Source: Verrucomicrobiota bacterium
Lineage (GTDB): Bacteria; Verrucomicrobiota; Verrucomicrobiia; Limisphaerales; AAA164-E04
Direction: 5' to 3'
NCBI GenBank assembly: GCA_047947115.1
Contig: CP170459.1
Coordinates: forward strand, 1,376,001 to 1,440,000
DNA length: 64,000 bases
The notes under the pieces are model-generated. The model saw nothing but the letters and a program-made list of their open reading frames with translations, was not told the DNA's origin and searched no databases. Both the position numbers and the translations under genes were made by a program. Positions 28,875 through 38,252 of the stretch are shown one piece after another (position 1 is the first letter of the stretch; every line of letters begins with the position of its first letter).

Positions 28875-29014
28875 ATGGTGAATAGTGAATTTAGAATAGT
28901 GAATTTTGACTGCAGGGTGAGTCGGTGAGTTCATCAACAGGGTTGCGCGTCAAGACGACACACGCTATCTGCGGGCCGATCGATCCCATTCACCATTCAC
29001 TATTTTCAATTCAC
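28873..29014. repeat. Inverted pair of heptamer tandem repeats (TGAATAG-like)
   Basis: TGAATGGTGAATAGTGAATTTAGAATAGTGAA and CATTCACCATTCACTATTTTCAATTCAC between convergent genes. Confidence 0.7.
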
Positions 29015-29036
29015 CCTTTTAAAGGGGCGCCACGCT

Positions 29037-32000
29037 CTACCGTTGGCAGCCGGCGCAAACAGCCGGGTCATGCATGATCAGGCCGGATGCCAGCGGTGAT
29101 TGCTCCCAGTAAAACGGTTTTCTGATTCGGGGATGGTTGCCGATTTCGTTCATGGTTTTGGCTTCGAACATCCGTCCGTTGGCGATTACCCATTCGATGT
29201 TTTGTGACTGTCGAATGTCTTTTGTTGGGTCGGCATCTTCCTCAAAGATGATCAGGTCAGCCAGCTTGCCGGTTTCGATCGTACCCAAATCCTTATCCAG
29301 CCCCAGATATAGAGCGCCGTGGAGGGTTCCTGATCGCAGGGCTTCCAATGGCGTCATACCTCCCTGCACAAAACTCCACATTTCCCAGTGGGTGCAGATG
29401 CCGTTCAATTGGCCGTGCCCGCCGGCTTGAACCAGACCGCCGTTGTCGATCAGTCGTTTCGTGATCCGTGCCTGCCGGATGTGATTGTAATCTTCAATCG
29501 GCGCCGTAGTACGTCGACGCGCGCGGGGAATGACTTTGTGTGGGGGATTAAACGCCATTACGCGGTCGTTGCGCCATACTTCATCCACATCATACCAATA
29601 ATTCTCCCCACCTAATCCTCCGTATGCCACACTCAACGTTGGGGTATATCCCACCGGAACATTCCTCCACAGATCCAATACGTCTCCATAGATCATTTCC
29701 ACTGGAACGGTGTGTTCAATTCCAGTGTGACCATCCACGATCATGGTCAGATTGTGCATGAAAGTGGCCCCGCCTTCAGGAACCACCATCATGTTCAGAT
29801 CCCTGGCTGCCTCGATGACCTGTTGACGTTGATCGCGGCGTGGTTGATTGTAGCTTTTCACACTGAAAGCCCCGATGGCTTTCATTCTGCGCAGGTGGAA
29901 GGCGGCGTCTTCCAGTGAATCAATCTCCGCTTTGAAACTTCCGGCAGCTCCATAAAGGATACGCCCGGTTGAAAAGGTGCGTGGCGCGGTGATCAATCCT
30001 GCTTTGGTCAATTCATTGGCGGCAAAAATCGCTTCCGTGTCGTTGGATGGATCGTGCACGGTGGTGACACCAAATCCGAGGCGCGCGTAATCCACCCAGT
30101 TCTGTTGGGGTGTGATACCAGAACTGGCTTGTTGTCCGTGAGCGTGTGTGTCGATGAATCCGGGCATGATCAAACGACCGTTCAGTTTGACGATGTGGGC
30201 GTTCTTGGGAATTGCGACCGCGCCATCAGGTCCTATGTCCACGATGCGATTGTGCTGGATGATGATGGTGGTGTTTTCGTCGATAAAAGGTCCCGCCATC
30301 GAAAGCATGCGTCCTCCGGTCAGGGCAATAATTCCGGAAGGCTTGTCGTGGGGGATTTCAAATCCAATGGTGGTTTGAGTAGGTTCGGAAGGTTCATCTT
30401 CCTTCGAGCGGGTCATTGCATCCATGGAAACCGGCAGTGTGAAAAGGTCCGGGCCGAGCGACCAGTGCAGCGAAGTTCCATCCTTCGAAAAATGAATCCA
30501 ATCACCTGCTTCCTCGCTCGCCTTCATCATAGGGATTCCTTTTTGATCAGGTCCAAGGCTGATGGTTTTGCCTGTCTGGACAAAGGGGGCCACATAGACA
30601 TGAAAACGTTCGATGAAGGCGATCCATTTTCCGTCGGGTGAAACCCTGTAGTCGGTGGCCCAGGTGCTGGAAAAGTGTTCTTGTTCTTCTTTGCCATCGA
30701 GTCCGATGGAGAAAAGTTTACGGTTGTCCGCGTTGGATTCGGATTGGTTGCGTTGAAGGAAAATGCGTTCGCTGGAAGCGCCAAATTGAGGGCGTGATCC
30801 ACGGTCGGTGACTTTGGACATCTCTCCCCCGTCGATCGAAGCAGCGTAGATCCCCAAATCCCGGGACCAAAGCGGACTGGTCAACCACCCCCCGCCTATT
30901 TTCTGGAATACGATGGTATTGCCGTCGGGTGAAAAGACGGGATCGATGTAGTGCCCTGGTTTGGTGGTGATGACTTTGCTGTCCGCATTAGGTTCATTCG
31001 TAACCGGTGCCACTCTGATCTCGCCCAGGTGTTCATCGTGCCAGGTGGTGTAAACGATCTGCTTTCCATCCGCTGAAAAACCGGGGTGAAACTCGAAATG
31101 CTCATTTTGCTCCGTTAACCGTCTGGGAGTGCCATCGGGAAGATCCTTGATATAGATGTGCCCGAGGGCCTGGTAAGCGACTCGATCACCTTGTGGTGAA
31201 ACTTGAACCCATTGGAGCATTTTGACCGGGAATGTTTCCGGCGCGACATCCATCGAAAACCGAACCGGTTCCGAGACGTCGCGTGTATCGCGAATATGAA
31301 ACGGAATTTCTGTTACAGATTGATCTGAAAGATTGAGTTGTTTGATCTTGCCCCTTGCCCAGAACACGATGGATCTGCCGTCCGGTGTCCATGAGTAGCC
31401 TGGATACACTCCGTGGATCGCCCAGGTTTCCTGCATGTCTCGCTCAAGATCATTATAGACCATTTGCACCGCTCCAGATGCGACATCCATCAAATGGAGA
31501 GCTGATTTTCCATCGTGTCTGCGCACAAACGAGATGGTTTTTCCATCCGGAGAGGGAGCTGGCCGGCAGGCTCCGCCTGGTCCGTCGATGAAGGTTTCGC
31601 GTTCGCCGGTTTTCAGTTTCAATCGATGTACGACATAGATTTGTCCATTGGAATCTTTGTCGTATTCAAAGCTTCCTCCGGGTGTGGCGTCTTCAGAATA
31701 GTAAAGGTATTCTCCGTCGGGTGAAAAAACAGGTTCGTTGACATCCTTTTGTTCGTTGTTTTTGGAGGTCAACTGAACCCCCGCGTGCGCTCCTCCTTCG
31801 ACACCTGACTTGTGGAACATCCACATTTCCCCTGCGCCCAGCGAGCGTCGACTGGTGAAATGTTTTCGGGCGACGATGTATTCCCCATCCGGTGACCAGT
31901 CGGGGTTGTTGAACAGCCGAAATGTTTCCTGAGTGATTTGATGGAGTATTCCGGATTCGATGTCGATGGTCCAGATGTTGTCTCCACCGCGTTCGTTTTT

Positions 32001-32384
32001 GCCCGTTCGATCGCTGGTGAAAGCCAATGTTTTTCCATCCGGACTGAAGCGAGGTTGCATGTCCCAGGCGACGCCGGAGGTCAGGTGAATGAGGGAATCC
32101 CTGTCGTCGTTTGGCATGCCTTCGATCGGCATCAGGTAAAGGTCCCCCAGCAAATCGAACGCAATCCATTTGCCATCCGGGCTGACATCGAGATTCATCC
32201 AGGTCCCTTCGCGCGTGTCGATGATTTGTTCGAAATGTGGGCCCAGGCCTGAATCGACGTTCCAGGCTGTTTTTTCTTCCCGGGTGCCTTCGGTTGTTGC
32301 TGTGCCGGCATCATCTGCATTTGCTGATCCGAGAGTTACCAACCCAAAAACCATGGTCACCATCCAATTGTTCCATCTGGTCAT
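29037..32384 (-). CDS. Secreted amidohydrolase with PD40/TolB-like beta-propeller repeats, 1115 aa
   Basis: Signal peptide, repeated SPDG motifs, PGFIDTHAH, GTIETGKLADL. Confidence 0.88.
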   Translation of the reverse strand: MTRWNNWMVTMVFGLVTLGSANADDAGTATTEGTREEKTAWNVDSGLGPHFEQIIDTREGTWMNLDVSPDGKWIAFDLLGDLYLMPIEGMPNDDRDSLIHLTSGVAWDMQPRFSPDGKTLAFTSDRTGKNERGGDNIWTIDIESGILHQITQETFRLFNNPDWSPDGEYIVARKHFTSRRSLGAGEMWMFHKSGVEGGAHAGVQLTSKNNEQKDVNEPVFSPDGEYLYYSEDATPGGSFEYDKDSNGQIYVVHRLKLKTGERETFIDGPGGACRPAPSPDGKTISFVRRHDGKSALHLMDVASGAVQMVYNDLERDMQETWAIHGVYPGYSWTPDGRSIVFWARGKIKQLNLSDQSVTEIPFHIRDTRDVSEPVRFSMDVAPETFPVKMLQWVQVSPQGDRVAYQALGHIYIKDLPDGTPRRLTEQNEHFEFHPGFSADGKQIVYTTWHDEHLGEIRVAPVTNEPNADSKVITTKPGHYIDPVFSPDGNTIVFQKIGGGWLTSPLWSRDLGIYAASIDGGEMSKVTDRGSRPQFGASSERIFLQRNQSESNADNRKLFSIGLDGKEEQEHFSSTWATDYRVSPDGKWIAFIERFHVYVAPFVQTGKTISLGPDQKGIPMMKASEEAGDWIHFSKDGTSLHWSLGPDLFTLPVSMDAMTRSKEDEPSEPTQTTIGFEIPHDKPSGIIALTGGRMLSMAGPFIDENTTIIIQHNRIVDIGPDGAVAIPKNAHIVKLNGRLIMPGFIDTHAHGQQASSGITPQQNWVDYARLGFGVTTVHDPSNDTEAIFAANELTKAGLITAPRTFSTGRILYGAAGSFKAEIDSLEDAAFHLRRMKAIGAFSVKSYNQPRRDQRQQVIEAARDLNMMVVPEGGATFMHNLTMIVDGHTGIEHTVPVEMIYGDVLDLWRNVPVGYTPTLSVAYGGLGGENYWYDVDEVWRNDRVMAFNPPHKVIPRARRRTTAPIEDYNHIRQARITKRLIDNGGLVQAGGHGQLNGICTHWEMWSFVQGGMTPLEALRSGTLHGALYLGLDKDLGTIETGKLADLIIFEEDADPTKDIRQSQNIEWVIANGRMFEAKTMNEIGNHPRIRKPFYWEQSPLASGLIMHDPAVCAGCQR

Positions 32385-32446
32385 GACGTCAGTTTGAACG
32401 TTCGAACGATAATTGACGATACAAAATCATCAGGTAAAACATTCCC

Positions 32447-33820
32447 ATGATCACACGACGTCGTTTTCTCACTCGTTCGCTGGCCAGTGCCGCCGTTCTG
32501 GCTGTGCCGGGTATGTCCTTTTTGAAGCTCAGCGCTCAGGATCTTCGTCGCAAGGCATTGGGTAACCGTTTTTTTGACATCGAATCTGTCGAAAGAACGA
32601 CACTCAAGGTGCCTTATCGCGAGATTCCGAACCGGGCGATGAGTCGCGAATTGCCACATTGGAAGTGGACCGAAATCGTTGAGGTGCGGCTCAAGTCTGG
32701 CGTCAGTGGCTTTGGGGAAACCTTGCTTTACTACACTTGGGGAGCCTCGAGTGACGAAGATGTGCAGCGTTGTCTGGGAGCGAATGCCGCCGATCTCATG
32801 TGGGACGATTCGCTGGGGGCCGGATTGCAGATGGCATTGTTTGATGCGGTGGCTCGGACGCTGGAGGTTCCTCTTCATCGCTTGTTGGGGCGCCAGGTGC
32901 ATGACAAGACCCCTCTGTCCTGGTGGAACATTGACACCTCGGCCGCCGACATGGCTTCCGAATGTCGGACGGCTTATGAACAGGGATACATGTCCTATAA
33001 GACCAAGGGGCGGCCTTGGTTTGATATTTACGAGCAGTTGAAACAGTCGTCGGAAGTGGTTCCCGAGGCGTTCAAGATCGATATGGATTTCAATTCCACA
33101 CTGTTGACCGCTGACAAAGGGATGAAAATCATCAAGGATCTCGAGGCATACCCGCAAGTTGACATCTACGAATCTCCCATTCCCCAATCCGATGTCGAAG
33201 GCAATCGGCGCATTCGTGAAGCAACTCGCGTGAATATTGCGCTGCATTATGGAACACCCAAGCCCCGGGTGGTGGTGGAGCAGGGTGTATGCGATGGATT
33301 TGTGGTCGGGGGCGGAGCGAGTTCCGTACTGCGCCAGGCCGCATTTTGTTCCCAGGTGGACATGCCGTTCTGGTTACAACTGGTTGGGACCGGGCTGACT
33401 GCCGCCTATTCACTGCATTTTGGCGCTGTTTCGAGCCATGCGACCTGGCCGGCTGTGAATTGTCATCAGTTATACAGTCATGATCTTCTTTCCAACCCGA
33501 TTAAAGTGCGGGAAGGATTTGCCCAGGTTCCGGACGCTCCGGGGATTGGCTTTGAGTTGGATCGGGATATGATGGAGCGGTTCCGTGTGGAAAAACCGGT
33601 TGAACGGCCCAATCCGAGACGCATGGTGGAGATCACGTGGCCAACCGGCAAGCGCATGCTGCTGGCCACTACCGAGGTCAATTTCGTGTTGAATGCTGCC
33701 AACCGAGGGGAAATTCCTTACTACGAAACGGGAGCGGACACGCGTTTGTATCCCGATAACGGATCGAGTGAATGGGCTGAACTCTACGAGAAAGCGTTGA
33801 AGGGGCCGGTGACTTTGTAG
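32447..33820 (+). CDS. Mandelate racemase/enolase-superfamily protein with Tat signal
   Basis: TRRRFL leader; MALFD, KTK, DFN, YESP, PDAPGIG. Confidence 0.82.
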   Translation: MITRRRFLTRSLASAAVLAVPGMSFLKLSAQDLRRKALGNRFFDIESVERTTLKVPYREIPNRAMSRELPHWKWTEIVEVRLKSGVSGFGETLLYYTWGASSDEDVQRCLGANAADLMWDDSLGAGLQMALFDAVARTLEVPLHRLLGRQVHDKTPLSWWNIDTSAADMASECRTAYEQGYMSYKTKGRPWFDIYEQLKQSSEVVPEAFKIDMDFNSTLLTADKGMKIIKDLEAYPQVDIYESPIPQSDVEGNRRIREATRVNIALHYGTPKPRVVVEQGVCDGFVVGGGASSVLRQAAFCSQVDMPFWLQLVGTGLTAAYSLHFGAVSSHATWPAVNCHQLYSHDLLSNPIKVREGFAQVPDAPGIGFELDRDMMERFRVEKPVERPNPRRMVEITWPTGKRMLLATTEVNFVLNAANRGEIPYYETGADTRLYPDNGSSEWAELYEKALKGPVTL

Positions 33821-33890
33821 CCTCTGTAACCATCCGGGCGGGGAAACGGTTCCCTGTTGCCCATTGTGCGCAGATCATTCTTTAGAAAAT

Positions 33891-34065
33891 GGAGGGACCG
33901 GTTCCACCCGGTTCCCAAATCTTCACCTAAAAGCAATCCTGATCCATTGAGGTGGAACGCGGGAAGCCATTGGTGTCCGTTTGTTTGTGGTGTATCCTTC
34001 GCCAGCAGATGGTCATGCGAATGCCCCGAGGATAGAAGTGGGCGCAAAGCGGCGTTTGCCCCTCC
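33891..34065. repeat. REP-like inverted doublet (GGAGGG...CCCTCC)
   Basis: GGAGGGACCGGTTCCACCCGGTTCC and GGGCGCAAAGCGGCGTTTGCCCCTCC. Confidence 0.4.
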
Positions 34066-34105
34066 GGATTTGGATTTATAATTTTTGAGCTGCGCCCTCG
34101 CTCAT

Positions 34106-34960
34106 TTATTGTCGGCCTTGTTGCTTCAACCATTCGATGGCGTCCGGGTATTTGTCCCATGTGTCAATGATGGTGTCGGCGAGGATTTCGGCCTCTTCAA
34201 GTGAGCCCAGCGCATAATGGCTTTGTTCGGCGCCGGAGTACTTCCGGGTGCCGTTGATGAATTCTTCCATGTATTTGTTCTGTTTCCGGGCCACTTTCAA
34301 CGTTGCCGCGGCGGCGTCGAAATCCCCCTGGATAAAGTGGAACAGCACCTTGCCCCAGGAAAAACAGCATTCCCCCCCGACTTCGTCAAATCGTTCGAAA
34401 AGCGCTTCCGCTTTTTGGAGCATGCGTTCGGTCAGGTAGCACATGAGTAAAGGGTGACGGACCGCCTGGTTGTCGTTGGGATTCAGGCGAAGCATGTCTT
34501 CCCACTCCTTAATGGCCTTCTTGTAGTGGTTCTGCAAAAAATATTCATCAGCCAGTGCGAAGCATACGCGCATGTAGGGTCGGGTTTCATGGATCAACCA
34601 GAAGTGGCCAATGCCGTCCTTGAAAAGGGCATTCCCCAGTTTCTTGCGAGCAATTTTCTTGAGGCGTTGGAGGATGGGGATCAGGTGTTGATCTTCCAGG
34701 AAAGATTGATCGAGGAATTCAAGATGGATATCCACATTGGCGGGATCGCATTCCAGGGCTTCCAGCAGGAGTTCAATGGTTTCATCGGGATCTTCGTTTT
34801 CGTAGGCCTGATCCAGCATGTCCAGGGCCTTCATTTCCTCTTCCGGGCTGACGTTCTGGTAGTTCTCCAGAATGTCGTCCAGCATTTGAATGACCGATTC
34901 GCCGGGGTCCGCGAATGGGCTGTCCATTCCATCGAAGTCATTATTGGGGCCAATACTCAT
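34106..34960 (-). CDS. TPR-like protein
   Basis: HFWLIHETRPYMR, LRLNPNDNQAVR, acidic helical repeats. Confidence 0.7.
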   Translation of the reverse strand: MSIGPNNDFDGMDSPFADPGESVIQMLDDILENYQNVSPEEEMKALDMLDQAYENEDPDETIELLLEALECDPANVDIHLEFLDQSFLEDQHLIPILQRLKKIARKKLGNALFKDGIGHFWLIHETRPYMRVCFALADEYFLQNHYKKAIKEWEDMLRLNPNDNQAVRHPLLMCYLTERMLQKAEALFERFDEVGGECCFSWGKVLFHFIQGDFDAAAATLKVARKQNKYMEEFINGTRKYSGAEQSHYALGSLEEAEILADTIIDTWDKYPDAIEWLKQQGRQ

Positions 34961-35070
34961 AAGGTTGTTGATCGTTGATTGATCTTCTGGAATGGATCAA
35001 ACGGATTTCCAACCCATATTGCAAGGGTGTAGTGCGGGTGTCGTGCGATACAGGATGTTGGTCGCCCTCT

Positions 35071-35173
35071 GGTAGGGCTGAGCTGCTGCTCGGCCGCCAA
35101 CGGATTCGAATCACACCATAAGCATTCCCAAATCTTTTGTGCGCTCGCGGACCTGCGGCAGCAGGTCCCTACC
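35071..35173. repeat. GTAG-type REP inverted doublet
   Basis: GGTAGGGCTGAGCTGCTGCTCGGCCGC ... GCGGACCTGCGGCAGCAGGTCCCTACC. Confidence 0.6.
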
Positions 35174-35246
35174 GAGGGTATGCTCGACAGCGTGTCTATG
35201 CAAAATCACACTTTAAGCCGATTGCGAGATGTTATAGTGTTGCCGC

Positions 35247-36695
35247 ATGTCCATTTTTTTTCGATGCATTCCTTGGGTGGTATTGTTGACATCTGTGATG
35301 TCGCCTTTGCTGACAATTGCTTCCGAGAAGCAACCGCATATCGTGTTCATTCTGGTGGATGACATGGGGTATGGCGACTTGAAGTGTTACAACCACAATT
35401 CCAAAATTCTTACCCCGCACATGAACCGTTTGGCGGATGAGGGGATGCGTTTTACGGATGCGCATGCCTCTGGGCCTCTGTGTCATGTGTCGCGATACGG
35501 GTTGATGACAGGGCAGTATCCTTTCCGTGCAAACCCCAACGCCTGGCGCCAACGCGGGACGATTGATGCCGGGCGGGTAACGCTTCCATCTTTTCTTAAA
35601 TCAAACGGCTATCGCACTGCCATGGTGGGTAAATGGCATCTTGGCTTTGATGAAAACGGTTATGATAAACCACTGCCCGGCGGTCCGGTGGATCGAGGAT
35701 TCGATTCGTATTTTGGGATTCGAGCTTCCACGGACATTCCTCCCTATTTTTACATTCGCGATCATCGGGCAGTGGTGCCTCCGACCAGCCGCATCGAGGC
35801 CAACAACAGTGAGGGATGGTCACCGATTCAGGGTGCTTTTTGGAGAGAGGGTGGCATTGCTCCGGGATTGGAGCTCAAGGATGTGTTGCCGAAGTTCACC
35901 GATGAAGCCGTTCGCACGATTGAGTCGCACGCTTCGGTTCAGCATGAGAAACCCCTGTTCCTGTATTTGGCTTATCCTGCCCCTCACACTCCCTGGTTGC
36001 CTTCGAAGGAGTTTCAGGGGAAGAGTGAGGTCGGAATGTACGGGGATTTTACCATGATGGTGGATGCCATGGTGGGACGTGTGTTGAAGGCTTTGGATGA
36101 TACGGGCATGGCTGGAGAGACCATGGTCGTTCTCAGTTCGGATAACGGTCCGGTCTGGTATGGGGAAGACACCCGGAGATTCGGTCACGATTCCTGTGGA
36201 GGCTTGCGTGGCATGAAAGCGGATGCGTGGGAGGCTGGGCATCGCATGCCGTTCGTCGTGCGATGGCCGGGCAAGGTGCGGCCCGGTTCTCAAAGTCAAC
36301 AAACGATCAGTTTCGTGGATATGTTGCCTACGGCAGCGGAGCTTGTCGGCAAAGAGTTGCCGAATGGAGCCGGTCCAGATGGGGTCAGTTTTTTCAAGGT
36401 CTTGACCGGGCAACAGCCCGAGGGTGTTGCGATCAGGGATTCGTTGGTGGTTCCTTCGGGCAACGGAACTTTGACCCTTCGCAAAGGCCCCTGGAAATTG
36501 ATCAAAGGGCTCGGATCGGGTGGTTTCACGAAGCCCGCCAGAGTGCAGTCCAAGCCCGGTGAACCTGCCGGACAGTTATATCATCTGGACCAGGATTTGT
36601 CTGAGAGCAACAATCTTTATCTGCAGCATCCGGACGTTGTCAAAGAAATGGAAGCCATGCTCGAGCAGATCGTATCAGGTCCCGACAACATTTAG
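35247..36695 (+). CDS. Arylsulfatase-family sulfatase
   Basis: PHIVFILVDDMGYGD, CHVSRYGLMTG, GKWHLG, SSDNG. Confidence 0.92.
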   Translation: MSIFFRCIPWVVLLTSVMSPLLTIASEKQPHIVFILVDDMGYGDLKCYNHNSKILTPHMNRLADEGMRFTDAHASGPLCHVSRYGLMTGQYPFRANPNAWRQRGTIDAGRVTLPSFLKSNGYRTAMVGKWHLGFDENGYDKPLPGGPVDRGFDSYFGIRASTDIPPYFYIRDHRAVVPPTSRIEANNSEGWSPIQGAFWREGGIAPGLELKDVLPKFTDEAVRTIESHASVQHEKPLFLYLAYPAPHTPWLPSKEFQGKSEVGMYGDFTMMVDAMVGRVLKALDDTGMAGETMVVLSSDNGPVWYGEDTRRFGHDSCGGLRGMKADAWEAGHRMPFVVRWPGKVRPGSQSQQTISFVDMLPTAAELVGKELPNGAGPDGVSFFKVLTGQQPEGVAIRDSLVVPSGNGTLTLRKGPWKLIKGLGSGGFTKPARVQSKPGEPAGQLYHLDQDLSESNNLYLQHPDVVKEMEAMLEQIVSGPDNI

Positions 36696-37054
36696 TCTGC
36701 TGATTCTCTGTCTCTCATAATCTTCACTCCGACATAGCTTGTGTTGGGGAGAATGAATTTTTTGATTTCGATTTGCACTCCGGCGATTGAATATCGGTCC
36801 AGAATCCAGTCGGCAATGTTCGAAGCCAGGGTTTCGATGAGTTTCCATTCCCGTGCCTGTCCCCATTGGATGAGTGATCGGGTCAGTTCACCGTAATCGA
36901 CCGTATGTTGGACATCATCAGTCCGGGCCGCTTCCTTGAAATCCGTGAAGAGGCGAATCGTGATCAACAGTTTCTGAGGGTTGGCTCTTTCGGCATCGGG
37001 GACTCCAATACAAAAGGATGCTTCCAGGTCATTGATTTCGATGATGTCGTTCAT
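36692..37054 (-). CDS. folB: Dihydroneopterin aldolase
   Basis: IGVPDAER..PQ, TVDY, KLIETLA, IKK. Confidence 0.92.
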   Translation of the reverse strand: MNDIIEINDLEASFCIGVPDAERANPQKLLITIRLFTDFKEAARTDDVQHTVDYGELTRSLIQWGQAREWKLIETLASNIADWILDRYSIAGVQIEIKKFILPNTSYVGVKIMRDRESAD

Positions 37055-38145
37055 GGTTTTTGACAGGAATGGTTTCGGAGGACTTCTTCGATGAGTATGC
37101 GTGTGGGTTGGTTCAGTTCCATGTTCAAAGCCTCGGCAGGCTTGATCCAACGAAAGGATTGTGCCTCGTCATTGAGTGTGACTTCCGGTGGTTCGTTCAG
37201 GCATTGGCAAGTGTAGTTCATCAGCAGGAAGTGGGCGTCTTTGTAGAACTCCTTCGGTGATATGGCGTCCTGGACCATGATGAATTCGATGGAACCGACG
37301 GTTAAGGCGGTTTCTTCCATGATCTCGCGATGGAGTGCATCTTCGGAAGATTCTCCGGTATGAATTTTTCCCCCGGGAATGCCCCATTTGTCCGACCACT
37401 TTTGGGTGCGGATCATCAGGACTTCGCCCGCTTGATTATAAATCAAGGCGCCCACTGTGGGGATTGGGTAGGGGGAATCCGACAGGGAATTTGCGGATCT
37501 CGCAGATTCAAGCGGATTCATTCGGGTTTTTTCCATCAAGGATTTGAGTTCCCCTAGGTGTTCGACGATCAATTCGGGACGGCTGGCCTGGAGCGCCTTC
37601 AGTCCTTTGAAACCGGTCAAGACCGCACAGGCAGCGACACCGCCGTGGTGAGCGGTTTCGATGTCGTGTTCCATGTCACCGATGTAGAGTGTTTCCTCGG
37701 GTTTCAGCTCGTGTTCTTTGATGATTTCATGGATCTTTTTGCGTTTGTCCCATACGCCGGTGTAGGATTGTTCAAAGTAATCTCCAAACCCTGACAGTTC
37801 GGTATGTACCTCGAAGTGTTGAGGGTGAATGGCGCTCAAGACAAAAGAGCGGATATCCCGTTCGCGGCAAAATGAAAGGAATGACTTCGAATGCGTCATG
37901 GGGCGGACGGTGTGCTGTTCCGCAGAGAATGCTTCGTGAAACCATCGTTCGAGCTGTTCGATGGGGACATGGGGAACGTAGCGGTCATAAAACCCCGTGA
38001 ATGGCAGTTCGAATTCGTCTCTGAACGCTTCCAGTGACAGGGCCGGAACGTTCGCTTTTTCGAATACCTTGCACGTGGCGCGCCACACTGCCGGAAGATC
38101 ATCCATCAGGGTGCCACACCAATCGAATATGATATTTTTGATCAC
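37051..38145 (-). CDS. HAD phosphatase-Nudix hydrolase fusion
   Basis: IIFDWCGTL and YIGDMEHD (HAD); GGKIHTGESSEDALHREIMEETAL (Nudix box). Confidence 0.88.
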   Translation of the reverse strand: MIKNIIFDWCGTLMDDLPAVWRATCKVFEKANVPALSLEAFRDEFELPFTGFYDRYVPHVPIEQLERWFHEAFSAEQHTVRPMTHSKSFLSFCRERDIRSFVLSAIHPQHFEVHTELSGFGDYFEQSYTGVWDKRKKIHEIIKEHELKPEETLYIGDMEHDIETAHHGGVAACAVLTGFKGLKALQASRPELIVEHLGELKSLMEKTRMNPLESARSANSLSDSPYPIPTVGALIYNQAGEVLMIRTQKWSDKWGIPGGKIHTGESSEDALHREIMEETALTVGSIEFIMVQDAISPKEFYKDAHFLLMNYTCQCLNEPPEVTLNDEAQSFRWIKPAEALNMELNQPTRILIEEVLRNHSCQKP

Positions 38146-38252
38146 CGCCGTGGAGTCTAAGGCAGGATTTGTTAAAATCAAATGATGAAGCATCGGGTGG
38201 ATATTTGGTTTCCTTGGCGGAAAAAAAGCTTCAACATGGGGAGGAAGTTATC

